Below are positions 45,914 through 49,368 of a stretch of DNA of 49,368 nt, piece by piece. Source of the stretch: a virus (taxonomy: Duplodnaviria > Caudoviricetes); IMG/VR virus record IMGVR_UViG_3300020045_009349, positions 1 through 49,368 of that record; one strand, given 5' to 3'. How positions within the stretch are numbered: the stretch's first letter is position 1; each line of letters starts with the position of its first letter. Both the position numbers and the translations under genes were made by a program. The notes beneath the pieces were generated by a model that was given only the letters and a program-made list of their open reading frames with translations, had not been told where the DNA came from and made no database searches.

Positions 45914-46144
45914 TTATGCACGTTTTAAAATTTGTAATGGTTTTTTAAGTCCTAAAGAAATTATTTTCGAGTCTCTGGCTTTGGCCGCTTCCCGATCATC
46001 ATCAAAACATCCACATAAATAAGTAATGCCTTTGTCCAACACGGTTGAAATCCATTTTGAAGCCTCCCTATTCCAGCGAACGCCAACGTATTTTGAAACC
46101 CGATTGTTTGAAGTCCTGCTATCTTTTATAAATTTTGTCGCCAT
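45914..46144 (-). CDS. Stand-alone AP2-domain DNA-binding protein
   Basis: SKYVGVRWNREASKW...YLCGCFDDDREAAKARD. Confidence 0.85.
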   Translation of the reverse strand: MATKFIKDSRTSNNRVSKYVGVRWNREASKWISTVLDKGITYLCGCFDDDREAAKARDSKIISLGLKKPLQILKRA

Positions 46145-46314
46145 TATATTTCGGTGATTAATGATTGAACAAATACGTCCTGGTCTTTGAGTACTATTTT
46201 CATACCGTCATTTTCTTGGGATTCTGCAAAGTCTAAAAGAGCGCACCCAATAAATGTTGCGTCTGTGGTTTCTTTTCCATCGACTAATACACGGCCATTA
46301 CAGATTTCTATCAT
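46144..46314 (-). CDS. 56-aa hypothetical protein (MIEICNGRVLVDGKETTDATFIGCALLDFAE...)
   Basis: Read manually; TAATG coupling to the AP2 gene. Confidence 0.65.
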   Translation of the reverse strand: MIEICNGRVLVDGKETTDATFIGCALLDFAESQENDGMKIVLKDQDVFVQSLITEI

Positions 46315-46547
46315 AATTTTTTAGGTTTATCAAAAACAAAAAGCAATTCACATCTAATTTTTTATAGGCTTTTAAAGAAAAAATTCAAAACTTTAAAACT
46401 TCCAACGCTATACGATTCAGATTATCTACATCCCTATTTTTACCCAGTAATCAATGTATCACAGAATGATTTTACGAGCCTTATCACCCGACTGGTTCCA
46501 TGTTCCGGCTTATCGGCATGAATTGCATTTTGTTTTTAATTTGGTTG

Positions 46548-46631
46548 TGGGAGCAGATGGACTCGAACCACCAATCTATGCAGATTACTAGATTTACAGT
46601 CTAGCGCCTTTTCCAGCTGAGCAATACTCCC
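46548..46631 (-). tRNA. tRNA-Tyr(GTA)
   Basis: Acceptor GGGAGTA/TGCTCCC, anticodon arm CTAGA-CTGTAAA-TCTAG, long variable arm AATCT-GCAT-AGATT, T arm GGTGG-TTCGAGT-CCATC. Confidence 0.92.
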
Positions 46632-46757
46632 CCATTTAAAAAAGCCGTTCATTAATTGAAAGGCTTTTGTTATTTCTTGCTCCGGTATTTCAGCCGTGAA
46701 TACTATTCTCCCGAAAAGCATTCATTAAGAGCCTGATTGACTATTTCATATCTTCTT

Positions 46758-46801
46758 CAAAAGTAATAAAATATATTACAGTTGTGACAAAATATGTTCT
46801 T
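46758..46801 (-). promoter_or_regulatory. Promoter with tandem operators upstream of tRNA-Tyr
   Basis: TACTTTTG (46758-46765); boxes at 46762-46780 and 46783-46801, 21 bp apart. Confidence 0.6.
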
Positions 46802-46818
46802 TATTTGGCAAAAAAATA

Positions 46819-47274
46819 TTAGTCTTTCTTCAAGGCTTTTGCTATCAAGGCTTCAATCCTTTTTTCCCTGGCTTCTGCATCTGATGTATCTGTTAAAATA
46901 AGTGGGTTTTCTTTATCGCCTTGCAGTATGTGGCGAGTGGCCGGATAAATTCCTTCGAGTTTATTGATTTCCTTTTGTATTTGGTTTACTGCGGTCATTC
47001 CTCTTGGGGTTCCTTTGTATTCATCTTTCATCGAACGGATGTTATGCTTTAGCTCGGCAATGCGTAAAGAACGCTTTTGCTCTATGCTTGCCTCCTGGTC
47101 CTCGTGCCAGATCTTATACGCCTTTTGAAGTAGGTTTTTAGATTGACGACGACGAACTCCCCATTCCTGCTCGATGTTTTTTAATATCAAATAATCCTGA
47201 ACGCCATTGATTATCCAGCCTTGTATGGTAAATACACGCTTTTCGGTTTCGAGTTTAGTTGATCTTGAGTTCAT
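46819..47274 (-). CDS. Putative terminase small subunit
   Basis: N-terminal HTH-like region, LQGDKENPL C-terminal motif typical of TerS, upstream of terL. Confidence 0.6.
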   Translation of the reverse strand: MNSRSTKLETEKRVFTIQGWIINGVQDYLILKNIEQEWGVRRRQSKNLLQKAYKIWHEDQEASIEQKRSLRIAELKHNIRSMKDEYKGTPRGMTAVNQIQKEINKLEGIYPATRHILQGDKENPLILTDTSDAEAREKRIEALIAKALKKD

Positions 47275-47276
47275 AA

Positions 47277-47513
47277 TTATTTGCTTGGGAACATACGTTT
47301 GATAACGGCAATATGACGGCTCAATTCCGTGATTCTATCCCTTAGCTTGATGGCTTCTTTTTCTCGCATTCTACGGATTTCTGCATCGTCTTCCTGAATG
47401 GGTTTTGGCTCATACGAGATTAAAGCTTTCTCGTTGATGGTTTTTTCTTCCTCTAAATACTCGACAATTGTATTTCTCATCTCGATTAATATTTGATAGT
47501 TAGTTTCTGCCAT
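47277..47513 (-). CDS. Coiled-coil hypothetical protein
   Basis: ORF 47277..47594; likely start MAETNY. Confidence 0.6.
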   Translation of the reverse strand: MAETNYQILIEMRNTIVEYLEEEKTINEKALISYEPKPIQEDDAEIRRMREKEAIKLRDRITELSRHIAVIKRMFPSK

Positions 47514-47618
47514 CTTGCTTCTTGGTTTTGTTACGATGGCATAAATGTAAGCAAAACTTTTGTTAAACCGTGATAGTGGCCATACAGCCACCATCGTTAT
47601 TTTAAACCTAAAATTGTA

Positions 47619-47771
47619 TTAAACTGCCCAGATAACGTCTCCGTTTTCGAGCAGTATTTTGTTTCCTGCGATGGCAACTATTTTAGATTTTACTTTCATC
47701 ATCCCTTTGTACATGATCTCTTTTTGGTAGGAAAGAACGTCCCCTCTTTTTAAATTTTCTTTGAGTAACAT
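47619..47771 (-). CDS. 50-aa hypothetical protein (MLLKENLKRGDVLSYQ...)
   Basis: Read manually; fills the gap after the methylase gene. Confidence 0.55.
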   Translation of the reverse strand: MLLKENLKRGDVLSYQKEIMYKGMMKVKSKIVAIAGNKILLENGDVIWAV

Positions 47772-47785
47772 AATGGCTTTGATTT

Positions 47786-49273
47786 TTAATTCAAAGCAAT
47801 ATTGGGTTGATTATCTATAAGTTCCAAGTCTTCTCCCAAGTTTAATTCTGGGAAGTTTTCTTTTATTTTCTTTGGGTCGCCTTTGTAGAATACCAATACA
47901 TTTTGGTGCATTTTTCCAACCTTTCTACCGTTGTTAAATTGTCGCCTTACTCGAATAGCTAAGGAACCAACCACGTTTACCAATATGATTTCGTTGTAAT
48001 ACTTTGCTCCGGCTTCCTCGAATGCTCGCACGGTATCGCCCACAAAGTTGTAATAAAATCCTTTTTTGTCGCGAACATCGCCCACTACAAAGCAAGCGAA
48101 ACGATCTTCTTTTAATTGCTCAATTGATTTCTTGATGATGCTGAAATAAGCTTCTTTGAAGTCGGCATAATCCATATTAGATAAATCCTTTGGGTCTTCG
48201 CTGTATTTTTCAAGGTCGGCATAAGGTGGACAGCTATACACGAAATCAACGCTATCTTTTAACTCTACATTGTCCAATACTTCGTTGCTGTCGCCAGCGT
48301 GCCAATTAACGGCATCTAAATTCAATACTGCTGCTTGTTTTCGGTTAGCTTCTACTTGGTCCGGCCTTAAGTCGATTCCTTCGTATGGAAACCCAAGAAC
48401 TCCGGCAACTACTCCGCGAACGGAACCACCGGCAAACGGATCTAATATCTTGCCTCCCTCTGGGCAAAACCAACGGTATGAAAGCTCACATAAAACCGGG
48501 TCGAAGATGCTCGCTCCCTCATACACGTGCATTCCTTTTTGTTTGGCATAATCAATGATTTCATCCCAGCTTGGTTCTCTTCCCAAGGTATCACGCATTT
48601 TATTTCGTAGTTCATAAATGCCGCTTGACTGGCCGCTTTTTGCGATCAGTTCTACATCTTCTCGGGTTTCTTGTGAGTTGAAACCAAGCGCCAGCCATTT
48701 GCGTTTTCGTTCCTGCCAAACTCCCGAGCGTGTATCCAAGATAGAGAATGGAGGAAATATAAAACTGTCTTTCAATGATGATGGAACAATGGCTTCGTTT
48801 GTGTTTATCGTTTGGTTCAACATTCCTTCAAAGGCGATGTTGTCAAACTCTGGAATGCTCATCATATTTTGCATATCCGGAAAGTCTAAATCAAAGTGCT
48901 GCACAAAGTCAAGCAATCCTTGTTGGGTGATTTTGGCATAAGCAGACGAATACACCAAAACTAATTCTGCTGCTTCTTTCATATTCGTGCAATCGATAAA
49001 AGTTGCTGGCAATTGTTCCGGAACATCCTTTCCTGATTTTAAAACGGCTTCTAAATCTAAAAACCGATGCCTTCCATCCAAGCAGTAATTTATTCCGTTG
49101 TGGTGCCAAACTTTGAACGGGTCAATGAATTGGTATTTTAAAATGGATTCCAATAGCTTCTTGTCGCCATTGCTCACCCATTCCTTGAAGTTTTCTTGTT
49201 GTATGAATTGAAGTTCTCGCCAGTTAATTGGCTCTGTTTTAATGATTCGTGATTGGATGGTTTGATTTGGCAT
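47786..49273 (-). CDS. ParB-like domain fused to an amino (N4/N6) DNA methyltransferase
   Basis: LDGRHR ParB motif; PPFSILD; ILDPFAGGSVRG (SAM binding); SCPPY (catalytic); likely start MPNQTI. Confidence 0.9.
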   Translation of the reverse strand: MPNQTIQSRIIKTEPINWRELQFIQQENFKEWVSNGDKKLLESILKYQFIDPFKVWHHNGINYCLDGRHRFLDLEAVLKSGKDVPEQLPATFIDCTNMKEAAELVLVYSSAYAKITQQGLLDFVQHFDLDFPDMQNMMSIPEFDNIAFEGMLNQTINTNEAIVPSSLKDSFIFPPFSILDTRSGVWQERKRKWLALGFNSQETREDVELIAKSGQSSGIYELRNKMRDTLGREPSWDEIIDYAKQKGMHVYEGASIFDPVLCELSYRWFCPEGGKILDPFAGGSVRGVVAGVLGFPYEGIDLRPDQVEANRKQAAVLNLDAVNWHAGDSNEVLDNVELKDSVDFVYSCPPYADLEKYSEDPKDLSNMDYADFKEAYFSIIKKSIEQLKEDRFACFVVGDVRDKKGFYYNFVGDTVRAFEEAGAKYYNEIILVNVVGSLAIRVRRQFNNGRKVGKMHQNVLVFYKGDPKKIKENFPELNLGEDLELIDNQPNIALN

Positions 49274-49307
49274 AGTTGAATTTTCTTCTTTTGGTAATAT
49301 TATGTAA

Positions 49308-49350
49308 CAAATGTAGCAAATATTATTCATAAGGAATAAATATTGTTACA
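49308..49350 (-). promoter_or_regulatory. Promoter with tandem operators for the methylase/terS unit
   Basis: TACATTTG (49308-49315); TGTAGC-N7-ATTCAT (49312-49330) and AGGAAT-N7-GTTACA (49332-49350). Confidence 0.6.
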
Positions 49351-49368
49351 AACAAAAAAAGCCACCTC

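Larger units (their letters stand above)
1..49368. mobile_element. Temperate siphovirus-like Bacteroidota (Flavobacterium-like) phage, near-complete, attP form
   Basis: Integrase, repressor/cro, terminase, portal, capsid, tape measure, lysis and replication modules all present. Bacteroidota-type TAnnTTTG promoters. No host housekeeping flank. Confidence 0.95.

Noticed and set aside
46536-46721. 61-aa ORF
   Set aside because: It overlaps tRNA-Tyr entirely.

Overview
A near-complete temperate siphovirus-type phage of a Flavobacterium-like (Bacteroidota) host, shown in the excised (attP) configuration. Nearly all genes are on the minus strand. Modules: early recombination/replication (AAA/SMC ATPase, RecT, MBL hydrolase, SF2 helicase, replication initiator, NinG, PcfK/AcrIIA9-like, PcfJ, a full-length DnaN clamp); immunity (Cro, Xis-like, CI-like, DUF4468-like); tyrosine integrase with attP (tRNA 3'-end core between arm repeats); lysis; tail; head; packaging; a ParB-methyltransferase fusion; two tRNAs (fMet-like and Tyr). 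The most notable element is at 100-1405, directly downstream of dnaN: an integron-like gene-cassette array. It has non-canonical attC-like hairpins (TAAC-N2-arm...arm-N6-GTTA) and cassette-specific complementary core ends, its genes start inside the hairpins, and no IntI is encoded in the window. Other non-coding signals: Fur-box-like palindromes at the repressor, head and tail-fibre promoters; a phage-wide TGTAAC-N7-GTTACA operator; and two covarying kissing-loop/terminator leader RNAs. Protein calls come from motif recognition and gene order only; no database searches were run.
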